Source of the DNA: a virus
Taxonomy: Duplodnaviria > Caudoviricetes
Strand: one strand, 5' to 3'
Virus record (IMG/VR): IMGVR_UViG_3300027917_004314
DNA length: 64,000 nt
The notes under the pieces: model-generated
Seen by the model: the letters and a program-made list of their open reading frames with translations, nothing else
The model's database searches: none
What the model was told of the DNA's origin: nothing
Shown: piece after piece, positions 18,322 to 27,618 of the stretch
Numbering within the stretch: the first letter of the stretch is position 1
Layout: the number at the start of each line of letters is the position of its first letter
Translations under genes and position numbers: made by a program

Positions 18322-21128
18322 TGGCCAGAAGAAAAAAGCACGACGATTATAAAATAACCGCGCTTGAAGGCCTTGCTGCAGTGCGCAAGGTGCCAGGAAT
18401 GTATATTGGGGATACAGACAACGGTGAGGGGTTTCATCATATGCTGATGGAAGTGTTGGATAATAGCGTCGATGAATATCTTGCTGGCCATTGCAACAAA
18501 ATCGTTGTCACATTGCATAAAGATGGTTCTGCTTCTGTTGGAGATAATGGGCGTGGCATTCCTGTATATTATATGAAGGAAAAGAAAATGACTGCTCTTG
18601 AAGTCGTTTTCAGGACATTACACGCTGGCGGTAAATTTGATGATTCCAATTATAAGGTTAGCGGCGGTCTACACGGAGTTGGTGTGTCGGTTGTAAATGC
18701 CTTGTCTGCTCGACTTAAAGTAGTGGTTAGAAGAGATGGTAAAGAATATTCTATGATATTCGAAAAAGGTAAAAAAGTCGAGGATATAACAGAACAAACA
18801 TATAAGGGAAAGGAATCTGGCACTTTTATAAGATTTGCGGCGGACTTAGCAATTTTTAAGGGTGTAATTAGATTTGATCCATCTGTAGTAAGAAAGAAGC
18901 TTATGGAATTGTCGTTTCTTTGTCGCGGATTATCTATTGAATTCATCGACGAAATTAAGGACAAGAGCGAGTTATTTGGCGGGGAAAATGATATGTCCGG
19001 CTTCATAAAATATCTCTCAAAAGGTAGACTATTAGAAGACCCTATTATTTTTACTAAAGACGTAGAACTTAATGACAAAATAATCGTTGTTGATATTGCA
19101 ATGCAGTGGACCAACGGCAGTTCGGATGCCGAAATTTACAGGTATTATACCAATAATATCCCCAACGCAGATGGCGGTTCACATATGTTTGGATTCAGGG
19201 CTGGACTTACTAGGACAATGAACAGCTATATTTCAAACTCTGATTTGCCAAAGTCGCTTAAAATTTCCTTATCGGGAGATGACATTAGGGAAGGGCTAGT
19301 TTCTGTAGTGAGTATAAGGTACCCAGACCCTAAATTCAACTCACAAGTCAAGAGTAAACTTGTCTCTGAAGATGCTAGGACAGCCGTAGAAAGCACCATA
19401 TCGGATCAATTAATGGGATATTTGGAGCAGAATCCCCCGATTGCAAAGAAGATAATTACGAGGTGTGTCAACTCTTACAAGGCTCGTGAGGCAGCGCGTA
19501 AGGCTCGTGAGGCAGTGAGAAAGTCATCATTAGAGTCTGGCGCCGGGTTGCTTCCAGGCAAGCTCGCAGACTGCCAAGAGAGGGATCCTGAAAAGTGTGA
19601 GTTGTTTATCGTGGAAGGAAACAGTGCAGGCGGATGCTTTGCTGGCAATACTAAAGTTTCTTTAACCGATGGTAGAGAATTATCCATGAAAGAATTAGTG
19701 GACGAATTTAACTCGGGCAGACAAAATTATTGTTATTCTGTCGAGGAAAATGGAAGTGTGTGTATACGTCCAATCAAAGATCCGAGAATAACGCGCAGGA
19801 GCTGTTCGGTTATCGAGCTTACTTTAGAGAGTGGGGAAACCATTGTTTGTACGCCCGACCATAAATTTATGTTGGTCGATGGATCCTATGAGCGGGCAGA
19901 CAAGTTGTGTGATAAAAGTATAATGCCTCTGTATAGAAAAATGTCTAGAATAGAAGGTCGCGTCACGATATCCGGCTATGAAATGGTGTGGGATAGAAAC
20001 ACACATAAGTGGATATTTACACATGTGCTAGCAGACAAATATAACCAACTAGCTCACGACATTGGAAAAAAAGCGAAGAATGAATGTCTACATCATATAG
20101 ACTTTATAAAAACTAACAACGATCCGACAAATATCAGGAGAATCGATAAAGACAAACATTTGCAACTGCATTATGAGAATCTTAAAAGAACTTTACATAG
20201 ACCGGATGTAATCGAAAAGTGTCGTCAACTGAAGCGCACTCCCGAATTTCGTAAGAAAATGAGTGAAAGGATGAGGAGGCCGGAAACGGCCAGGAAACTT
20301 TCGATGAATGCCAAATTACAATGGCAGGACGAAGAGCATAAAGCATACATGGTTGAAGCCGTTAAGAAATATAATCATAAAATCGTTAAAATTGTTCAAT
20401 TGAAGAATAAAGTCGATGTGTATGACTTTGAGGTGCCGGGGACCAACAATTTTGCATTATCTTGTGGCGTATTCGTACATAATTCGGCTAAACAAGCTAG
20501 GGATAGGCGATTTCAGGCTATTTTGCCATTGCGCGGCAAAGTCCTTAATATTGAGAAAAAGGAATTCAAAAATTTGGTCGATAATAAGGAATTAGCCAGT
20601 CTTATAGCGGCGATAGGAGCTGGAATTGGCAAATCTTTTAATCCAGATAACATCAGATATAATAAAATTTTGATTATGACTGACTCAGACGTTGATGGTG
20701 CTCATATTAGGACATTGCTACTTACTTTCTTTTTCAGGCAAATGCCACAACTTATTGTTAATGGTAATCTTTTTATTGCGCGCCCACCTCTATATAAGCT
20801 AACATATAGAAACAACACGCATTACGTCCAGGACAATAGCGAATTGAAGTCGTTTATAAAGCGGCACAATATAAAACGGGAGAAAATCGGCAACGGCTTC
20901 TCGTATAAGGGCGTGAAATTACAAAGATTTAAGGGTCTTGGGGAAATGAACCCGGCTCAATTGTGGGAGACGGCTATGGATCCGGAGACCAGAAAGATAT
21001 CTGTTGTGACGATAGATAACTATATAGAAGCAGACAAGATTTTTGGAATACTGATGGGCAATGACGTAGGCCCTAGGAGGGATTTTGTACAAAATAACTC
21101 GGACTTAGCTGAAAATATTGATATATAG
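18321..21128 (+). CDS. gyrB: DNA gyrase subunit B precursor with one intein
   Basis: LEGLAAVRKVPGMYIG, EVLDNSVDE, DNGRGIP, GGLHGVGVSVVNALS, PGKLADC, EGNSAGG|SAK, PLRGK, IMTDSDVDG, QRFKGLGEMN. Confidence 0.95.
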   Translation: MARRKKHDDYKITALEGLAAVRKVPGMYIGDTDNGEGFHHMLMEVLDNSVDEYLAGHCNKIVVTLHKDGSASVGDNGRGIPVYYMKEKKMTALEVVFRTLHAGGKFDDSNYKVSGGLHGVGVSVVNALSARLKVVVRRDGKEYSMIFEKGKKVEDITEQTYKGKESGTFIRFAADLAIFKGVIRFDPSVVRKKLMELSFLCRGLSIEFIDEIKDKSELFGGENDMSGFIKYLSKGRLLEDPIIFTKDVELNDKIIVVDIAMQWTNGSSDAEIYRYYTNNIPNADGGSHMFGFRAGLTRTMNSYISNSDLPKSLKISLSGDDIREGLVSVVSIRYPDPKFNSQVKSKLVSEDARTAVESTISDQLMGYLEQNPPIAKKIITRCVNSYKAREAARKAREAVRKSSLESGAGLLPGKLADCQERDPEKCELFIVEGNSAGGCFAGNTKVSLTDGRELSMKELVDEFNSGRQNYCYSVEENGSVCIRPIKDPRITRRSCSVIELTLESGETIVCTPDHKFMLVDGSYERADKLCDKSIMPLYRKMSRIEGRVTISGYEMVWDRNTHKWIFTHVLADKYNQLAHDIGKKAKNECLHHIDFIKTNNDPTNIRRIDKDKHLQLHYENLKRTLHRPDVIEKCRQLKRTPEFRKKMSERMRRPETARKLSMNAKLQWQDEEHKAYMVEAVKKYNHKIVKIVQLKNKVDVYDFEVPGTNNFALSCGVFVHNSAKQARDRRFQAILPLRGKVLNIEKKEFKNLVDNKELASLIAAIGAGIGKSFNPDNIRYNKILIMTDSDVDGAHIRTLLLTFFFRQMPQLIVNGNLFIARPPLYKLTYRNNTHYVQDNSELKSFIKRHNIKREKIGNGFSYKGVKLQRFKGLGEMNPAQLWETAMDPETRKISVVTIDNYIEADKIFGILMGNDVGPRRDFVQNNSDLAENIDI
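19635..20483 (+). mobile_element. Intein (283 aa) with an HNH homing endonuclease
   Basis: Block A CFAGNT, block B TPDH, block F VYDFEV, terminal VHN followed by Ser; HHIDFIKTNNDPTNI HNH motif. Confidence 0.93.
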
Positions 21129-21150
21129 CCCTTGGTCTATACCCGCTATA

Positions 21151-21168
21151 TCTACTAATATATTAGTA
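21151..21168. promoter_or_regulatory. TCTACTAATA motif inside a perfect 16-bp palindrome, upstream of the fibre gene cluster
   Basis: TACTAATA-TATTAGTA at 21153-21168; motif recurs in other intergenic regions. Confidence 0.45.
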
Positions 21169-21212
21169 ATCATTATAGAAAAAGATCTATAATTGGCGGG
21201 AGGATGATCTAA

Positions 21213-23432
21213 ATGGCCACAGCCGTAATCCAAATCAATACTGCTACCGGGAGTAGGAGCGACTTAACCCTTGGCGTGCAAGTCAATCTTAACGATGCTG
21301 GGACCGGAGCTATTGTCAGGCTCTGGGAGTTTCTATCTAGGCCGCCCGGCTCTAGCGCAACTCTCAATAATCCTACTTCCAAGACGCCGGATTTTACGCC
21401 AGATGTGGTAGGTTCCTACAGGATTAGATTAACGGTTAATAGTTCTGTAGTAGATATAGCTATAGGCGCAGTCCGTACGACCAATCTTAGTTTGCGTGTC
21501 CCCGCTACGGGCGAAGAAGATGAATTCGATGAGTCAGGGAATACCGACGGCTGGTCTTCTTCTATGCACGAGGCGTTGCTCGCAATTGATACGGACTCTG
21601 TCTCAGCAAAGACGCCCACAGCACATGCAGAATCCCACCAAGATGGATATTCTGATGAACTTACGGTACAGGACTTAGGTTCTGGTGCTGCTGCATCAAA
21701 TCAAATATTAGTTTCTGATGGCTCTGGCGGTTGGTCTGTGTCTGCAAAGCCTAGTCTGGATGAGACCTACAATGAGGGAAGATATATCTTTGTAGATAGT
21801 GGGCCGGTAATATTAGCCGCGTCAGACGGCAACGCCTTACAGATGGACGGTTATTTGACTCTCGTCCAAATCCTTGAGCCTGGTTTCGTGCCAGTGAGCG
21901 GCATTTTATATACTAAGAATATAGATGGCTATGTAGATTTATTTTTCAAAGATAATTATGGGTATGGCGTTCAGATTACCGGCGATGGCTATCTAGACAC
22001 GTTCGGCGGTGTGCGCGGAGTCGGCTTATTTGAGCAGAGCGGTGATCCTACTCCGGAGTCACAGAAGGGTTTTATTTATTCTGGTGATGAAAGTGGTAGG
22101 ACGGAACTATTTTATATGGATAATTATGGATCTGTTGTTCAGATAACAAGCGATGGCTATCTGGACGTTTTTGAAAGTGTTCCTGGAGTTGGATTATTTG
22201 AACAAGGATCTGATCCATCGGCTGCTCCGCAGAAAGGTTTTATTTACTCCAAGGATGATAGTGGAACGACAGAGTTGTTCTATATGGATAATTATGGTGT
22301 CATCACACAGATCACCAACGATGGTTATTTAGATACATTTGAGAGTGTACCAGGAGTCGGGATGTTCGAACAGGCTTCTGACCCTGCAGCTGCTCCCGAC
22401 AAAGCTTTCATATATTCAAAACAAAGTGGCGGCGGAATAACAGAGTTATTCTTTATGGATAGTAATGGCTCTGTAACGCAGATGACGAACGATGGTTATG
22501 TTAGTGGGACGGCCGCTTCAGGTTTTACAGATCTAAGTGATACCCCAGCTTCTTATAGCGGTGAGGCAGGTAAATATGTAGTAGTAAATGATACAGAAGA
22601 TGGCATTGAGTTTGGGATCATTGACGGTGGTACTGGGTTAGTAGATGGCTACTTGCCGATGCCAGAAAAAGCTTCTGACCCTCCGTATGAAGATGGATAT
22701 GGTAGCATTTATACCAAAGATGTAAGTGGTATCACGGAGATGTTTTTTATAGATAATCTTGGGACAGTTACACAAGTGACCTCTGATGGGTACATTGGCG
22801 CAGAGGTACAGGGAGATGGCTATGATGAATTGGCGCCATCTGATACTAATGGCACAGAAACGTCTCTATCACTTTCTGAGTGGCCAGTAGTAGAGCCAGA
22901 CATGCCGTCTGGATACGCCCTTGATATGTTTATCAACGGCCAAAAGATGCGCTACGTTGAGACCTTGGACGCCTATGAAACTGAATTTACATATGACCCC
23001 TCTTTGAATAAAGTTGAGTTTCTTGCATCTGGTACTGCTGGCACTTGGTATTGTGCACGGTATAGGACTACTACGGGTATTCATCCGCCACCAGCCGATG
23101 TAGCCACGATATTTACCAGCGTGGTATTGGATCAAGACCGCACGAGTTCAATAGTAAATAAGTCTGGGCGCAATACCGTAGCTTTCGATATTGAATTAAC
23201 AGCTGCCGACGGATATTCTTTCGGTACGGAAGGGACACTCAAAGTCATAGCTGGAAATACCGCCAGTATTGATGGATATGATACACTCGATGTCCCGCAG
23301 TGGACAGTAGAAGTAGATGGGTACGTGAAACTGGAACTGGAGACCGGATTTACCCATGTTGGATTGTTTTTCGATCACACATCTGACGATGGTTACGGCG
23401 ACACAATTTCGGCTTCTGTAGCGGTGAGTTAA
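21213..23432 (+). CDS. Virion fibre/adaptor-like protein with tandem 56-aa DGY repeats
   Basis: N-terminal PKD-like segment (FTPDVVGSYRIRLTV); 15 DGY motifs; GGAGG RBS. Confidence 0.7.
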   Translation: MATAVIQINTATGSRSDLTLGVQVNLNDAGTGAIVRLWEFLSRPPGSSATLNNPTSKTPDFTPDVVGSYRIRLTVNSSVVDIAIGAVRTTNLSLRVPATGEEDEFDESGNTDGWSSSMHEALLAIDTDSVSAKTPTAHAESHQDGYSDELTVQDLGSGAAASNQILVSDGSGGWSVSAKPSLDETYNEGRYIFVDSGPVILAASDGNALQMDGYLTLVQILEPGFVPVSGILYTKNIDGYVDLFFKDNYGYGVQITGDGYLDTFGGVRGVGLFEQSGDPTPESQKGFIYSGDESGRTELFYMDNYGSVVQITSDGYLDVFESVPGVGLFEQGSDPSAAPQKGFIYSKDDSGTTELFYMDNYGVITQITNDGYLDTFESVPGVGMFEQASDPAAAPDKAFIYSKQSGGGITELFFMDSNGSVTQMTNDGYVSGTAASGFTDLSDTPASYSGEAGKYVVVNDTEDGIEFGIIDGGTGLVDGYLPMPEKASDPPYEDGYGSIYTKDVSGITEMFFIDNLGTVTQVTSDGYIGAEVQGDGYDELAPSDTNGTETSLSLSEWPVVEPDMPSGYALDMFINGQKMRYVETLDAYETEFTYDPSLNKVEFLASGTAGTWYCARYRTTTGIHPPPADVATIFTSVVLDQDRTSSIVNKSGRNTVAFDIELTAADGYSFGTEGTLKVIAGNTASIDGYDTLDVPQWTVEVDGYVKLELETGFTHVGLFFDHTSDDGYGDTISASVAVS
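21981..22487 (+). repeat. Three tandem coding repeats (168, 168 and 171 nt)
   Basis: xDGYLD.F..V.GVG.FEQ..DP...P.K.FIYS.....TELF.MD..G...Q.T units start at 21981, 22149 and 22317. Confidence 0.9.
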
Positions 23433-25436
23433 ATGTACCGCAATAGTAAATATGGCATTGTGACCGATCCTATTTCTGGGGGAGTTGAAAAGCTAGCTAG
23501 CACGCCGTTGGTGCTGAACAACGAATCCCCAACACCACTTATAAGACTTGTTGGTGTCGATGCAGATGAAGAGACACATACTTGGCCAGACCGTTTGCAT
23601 GATAGTTATTGGTTTGTAGAAACTGGCGATGGTTATTCACCATCTTACGGCATAGTAGGGCCAACTGGTACTGGAGAGTTGGGTGTGCGTGGTTCTGGTA
23701 CCAACAGATCTATGATAGCAAATGATATTACCTACGGCAAATTTCCAGCCGGCGATTTTGCATATGAAATGGTAATTTCGAGAAGAGATCCTAGTGCTTG
23801 GGGCATCTTTTTTAGTGACTTTAATTGGCCGTTGGCTGGCATGCATTGTAGTTGCAATAACGCTGCGAACACGATATATCTGCGTTTAGACGATGGTAGT
23901 ACTTTTAAAGTAATATCGTCAGAAGCCAATTCCTCACCAGATGATGCTTTTCATGTATTAGCACTTGTACAATATGAAGATGGCTACGGCAAAGGTAGAA
24001 TATATGTAAACGGAATCAGCGGTCCTGAAGGAGACCTTGATGGTTTGGGGGATTTCGAATCAGTTAACAAAATGAGACTTTTTGTACGATTTAGTATTGG
24101 TTCTTATTTTGATCACAGCACTCACGTTATACATCTGTTGCAGCTTTGGCATTTTCAAGATATTGGGTCGCATACCGCCGATGACATAGCTAAAGAACGA
24201 GCTGCTATAGCTATGGGTCTTAAAACTTTGCATAATCATGATGACCCGGTGCCTCTTATTATGTCTACAAGGGCAAGTAGTGCTACAACACAGCGTGTGC
24301 TTCTAGATACTGTCAATAATTCTGTACGTTTATTTAAAACTGGGCATAACTGGGTGCGTTCTGAGACTCAAGAGGATACAGAAGCCGGATTGTTATTGCC
24401 GGGTTACCGACTGGAGCCTACCACTTCAAACGTATGCCTTCAGTCCGAAGACTTAACTCAGACGTGGACACACCTTAGAGCAGATCATGTAGATACCAGC
24501 ACAACGATACTGCCCGATGGAGAGGGCTCTTCCTTTGATTGCATTCATGAAGACGGTACAGCAGCCCAAAATCATTATTTTACACAGGCTGGTTTAACCA
24601 CAACCGCAGATCTCTGGACTTATTCGGCATTCGCCAAGATGGTCAATCGCCGTTGGATCGCTTTACGACTGGTGCTCACAGAAAATCAGATTGTTTGGTA
24701 TGATCTTCAGGACGGTGTGACCGGCCCTAACTATGTAGGTACTCTTGCAAGGGGAATGATCCCTTACGGAAATGGATGGTGGAGGTGCTGGTTCTCGTTT
24801 ACAGGAGAGGCGGCGGCCAAACCCCTTTTCGTCTACGTTGCGGACAAGGCAGGCGATCCTGGTGATAATTGGCCTGATTCATTTGACGGCGCGGACCAGG
24901 ATAGTTTTTTCTTCTGGGGAAGCCAGCTTAACCAAGGACCTTTATCAAGTTATATCAAGACTACTACCACATCTGTGCAACGTGTTGCCGATGGATATCT
25001 CGCATGGAGCACTTACGTACCAGATAACTTTACAGCGATGATTACATTCAGTATGCCTAGCCACACGCCAGACTCTGATGTCGATATGCTATATATTGAT
25101 GATGGCTATTCTAGTGATAACCGCATCGTTGTTACGTTTGAAGGTAATTCTGGTAAGCTCAAGGCATACACAATGGTGGGCGGAGTGACAAAAGCTATTG
25201 TAGTTCCTAATAAAATTGTAACTAGTAGTAAAACACACCGTGCAGGACTCAAGTATAGCAAAGGAAAACTAGGACTCATTGTTGATGGTATAGAAGCAAT
25301 AGACAGTGACATTCATGTTCCAGGAATGAACAGAATAAGTATACAACCGAGCGGCGCATTAGTATCGTTACAATGGCGCAATAAATGGGTGACAGGGCAA
25401 CCACGTCCGATTCAGCCAGACGTTATTAAATTGTAA
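23433..25436 (+). CDS. Virion spike/fibre-like protein with LamG/ConA-like domains
   Basis: EPTTSNVCLQSEDL..TW, GWWRCW, WGSQL..G..SSYIKTT..SVQRVAD pattern of phage fibre domains. Confidence 0.65.
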   Translation: MYRNSKYGIVTDPISGGVEKLASTPLVLNNESPTPLIRLVGVDADEETHTWPDRLHDSYWFVETGDGYSPSYGIVGPTGTGELGVRGSGTNRSMIANDITYGKFPAGDFAYEMVISRRDPSAWGIFFSDFNWPLAGMHCSCNNAANTIYLRLDDGSTFKVISSEANSSPDDAFHVLALVQYEDGYGKGRIYVNGISGPEGDLDGLGDFESVNKMRLFVRFSIGSYFDHSTHVIHLLQLWHFQDIGSHTADDIAKERAAIAMGLKTLHNHDDPVPLIMSTRASSATTQRVLLDTVNNSVRLFKTGHNWVRSETQEDTEAGLLLPGYRLEPTTSNVCLQSEDLTQTWTHLRADHVDTSTTILPDGEGSSFDCIHEDGTAAQNHYFTQAGLTTTADLWTYSAFAKMVNRRWIALRLVLTENQIVWYDLQDGVTGPNYVGTLARGMIPYGNGWWRCWFSFTGEAAAKPLFVYVADKAGDPGDNWPDSFDGADQDSFFFWGSQLNQGPLSSYIKTTTTSVQRVADGYLAWSTYVPDNFTAMITFSMPSHTPDSDVDMLYIDDGYSSDNRIVVTFEGNSGKLKAYTMVGGVTKAIVVPNKIVTSSKTHRAGLKYSKGKLGLIVDGIEAIDSDIHVPGMNRISIQPSGALVSLQWRNKWVTGQPRPIQPDVIKL

Positions 25437-25456
25437 GGATGGTGTTACATTAAACA

Positions 25457-26512
25457 GTGAAACTTCAACCATTCCAAATCAATGACGGATATTCTAGATT
25501 TGTAGATCTAATAGACACTCCCAGTGTGCTTACTGGTGAGAGTGGTAGCGCCATCGTTATTAAAGGGACTGAAGATGGTTTGGAATTTGGGTCCGCTGTT
25601 GGTGGTGGTCTTACTGACGGCTATTTATCTTTGCCGGAAATAAGCGATCCGGCCACTGAGGATGGCTATTTATATGTCTATGCCAAAGTCGAGGACGGGT
25701 ATGCGGAATTGCACTGTATGGATAGTTATAATTTATCAACGCAATTGACGAGCAGGGGTAGTTTGTTTACAGTAAGCTCTGATTTAAGTGCTCCACCATT
25801 GGTTCCACACCCATATGACGATGAATTTGAAAGCACTACCCTTGATGCGTCTTGGACAGAGGATTTCGACTCTTATGGTGCTGGGTCCGGTTACCCAATA
25901 GATCCATATTTAAGTCTATCTAGCGGGTATGCTAGGAGACTTATACATACAGATCGGGAGAAATCTTGGTATTTAATACAGACACCAGGAAACAACACGG
26001 ACCATCGACTATATAAAGCATGTACTGTTCCGACCAATATGTTCGTCTGGATGCGCTCTCGTTTTTTGCAGCGCTCTGCCGCTTCAACTGACGCACAAAT
26101 CTCATTGTCTCTTGAGTCTTCTACTGATGGCGTACCAGATGATTATTCTAAGTTTAGGGTATATCATAAAGGGTATAATAGCGGATATTCTTTAGAAGTC
26201 GTAACAGAGGTAGACGACGGAGGTCCGACTAACTCCGGTATGATACATGATTGTACTGGAGAAGAACAGGGATACGACTATATCGGTATTAGTAAAAGAG
26301 GCACTCAATATACTGCCTGGGCTTTTAACGATACTGGCCAGTCATATTGTTTCTGGACTGCTACTATAAGTCCGTCCACGCATCTTATCGATACCATAAT
26401 AATAAAATTTCGCAGTACATCAAGTGCTGGTACTCCTGGCACAGGAATTTTTGGTGTTGATTTTCTACGAGTATCAGACAACGCTACGTTTCTGCCTGGG
26501 CGACACAGATAG
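25457..26512 (+). CDS. Putative receptor-binding/lectin-like protein, paralogue A
   Basis: Shared N-terminus MKLQPFQINDGYS; DDEFESTTL..W; C-terminus FLPGRHR. Confidence 0.65.
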   Translation: MKLQPFQINDGYSRFVDLIDTPSVLTGESGSAIVIKGTEDGLEFGSAVGGGLTDGYLSLPEISDPATEDGYLYVYAKVEDGYAELHCMDSYNLSTQLTSRGSLFTVSSDLSAPPLVPHPYDDEFESTTLDASWTEDFDSYGAGSGYPIDPYLSLSSGYARRLIHTDREKSWYLIQTPGNNTDHRLYKACTVPTNMFVWMRSRFLQRSAASTDAQISLSLESSTDGVPDDYSKFRVYHKGYNSGYSLEVVTEVDDGGPTNSGMIHDCTGEEQGYDYIGISKRGTQYTAWAFNDTGQSYCFWTATISPSTHLIDTIIIKFRSTSSAGTPGTGIFGVDFLRVSDNATFLPGRHR

Positions 26513-26538
26513 ATTGTGGAGGTATGTAAACACAAACT

Positions 26539-27600
26539 ATGAGATTACAACCACTTCAAATAAACGACGGATATTCTAAGTTTACCGATCTACTTGATAC
26601 TCCAAGCGATTATATTGGAGCAGCCGGAAAAATTGTAGTTGTAAATGGACCTGAAAATGGATTTGATTTGTCTTCTGCAGAAGGTGGTCTTACTGATGGG
26701 TATTTGCCATTGCCAAGTATTGAAACAGATCCCCCAAGCGAAGACGGCTATGGTAGACTCTACACAAAGATAATAGATGGATACGTAGAATTACATAGTA
26801 TGGATGATTCTGGAGTGTCTAGGCAAATAACTAGCAAAGGTAGAATTATCCCAGTTACTAACTCTCTGTGGATTCATCCTGCAAATCCACATCCTAATGA
26901 TTTAGAATTTGAAAGCACTACCTTTGACGCATATTGGACAGAGGATTTTACAGTATCTGGCAGTGCCATAGATCCGTATGCTAGTTTTAGCGATAACTCG
27001 AGAAGACAAATACACACAGACAGGGAAAAATCTTGGTATTTGATACAACCAAAGACTGGTGGAACAGAACAACGTATATATAGACCATATGACCTACCCA
27101 CAAACATATGTATATGGACACGAGGCCGTACAAATGTCGACGGTGATCTTTTCGATGGTACAATAGTTAATAATGCTAGTTTTTATCTAGGTCTCGTTTC
27201 TTCTTCTGGTGGCACTCCCGACTGGCAGTCTTATCTAAAATTATGGCTTAATTTTGTAGTTGATGACACACCAGATTCGCCATGCATCGCTTGGGAAGAT
27301 AGATTAGATGGTGGTTCAGTCGCCTTTGATAACAAGAATTATATATCTTGGAAAGCACAGGGTTTTCATTATGCTGCGATAAATAAGGTCGGGAATTGGT
27401 TTTATTTACTCGTTTTTAATGATTCCGGCCAGATGCTTTACATCGATAAGTTTGATTTTAGTGAAGCTTCATATCCACTTAATATGATAGTGTGCGGATT
27501 TAAAAATGCTAGCAGTCTTGGTCCGGGCAATACTATCATGGGGTTAGATTTTATACGCTTCGTAGAAAGTGATGTATTCTTACCAGGAATGCACAGGTAG
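26539..27600 (+). CDS. Putative receptor-binding/lectin-like protein, paralogue B
   Basis: MRLQPLQINDGYS; DLEFESTTF..W; FLPGMHR. Confidence 0.65.
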   Translation: MRLQPLQINDGYSKFTDLLDTPSDYIGAAGKIVVVNGPENGFDLSSAEGGLTDGYLPLPSIETDPPSEDGYGRLYTKIIDGYVELHSMDDSGVSRQITSKGRIIPVTNSLWIHPANPHPNDLEFESTTFDAYWTEDFTVSGSAIDPYASFSDNSRRQIHTDREKSWYLIQPKTGGTEQRIYRPYDLPTNICIWTRGRTNVDGDLFDGTIVNNASFYLGLVSSSGGTPDWQSYLKLWLNFVVDDTPDSPCIAWEDRLDGGSVAFDNKNYISWKAQGFHYAAINKVGNWFYLLVFNDSGQMLYIDKFDFSEASYPLNMIVCGFKNASSLGPGNTIMGLDFIRFVESDVFLPGMHR

Positions 27601-27618
27601 AGGAGGTCTTTAGAGTCT

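Noticed and set aside
19479-19515. 16-nt direct repeat AAGGCTCGTGAGGCAG in gyrB
   Set aside because: It encodes the ordinary KAREAARKAREA helix conserved in GyrB.
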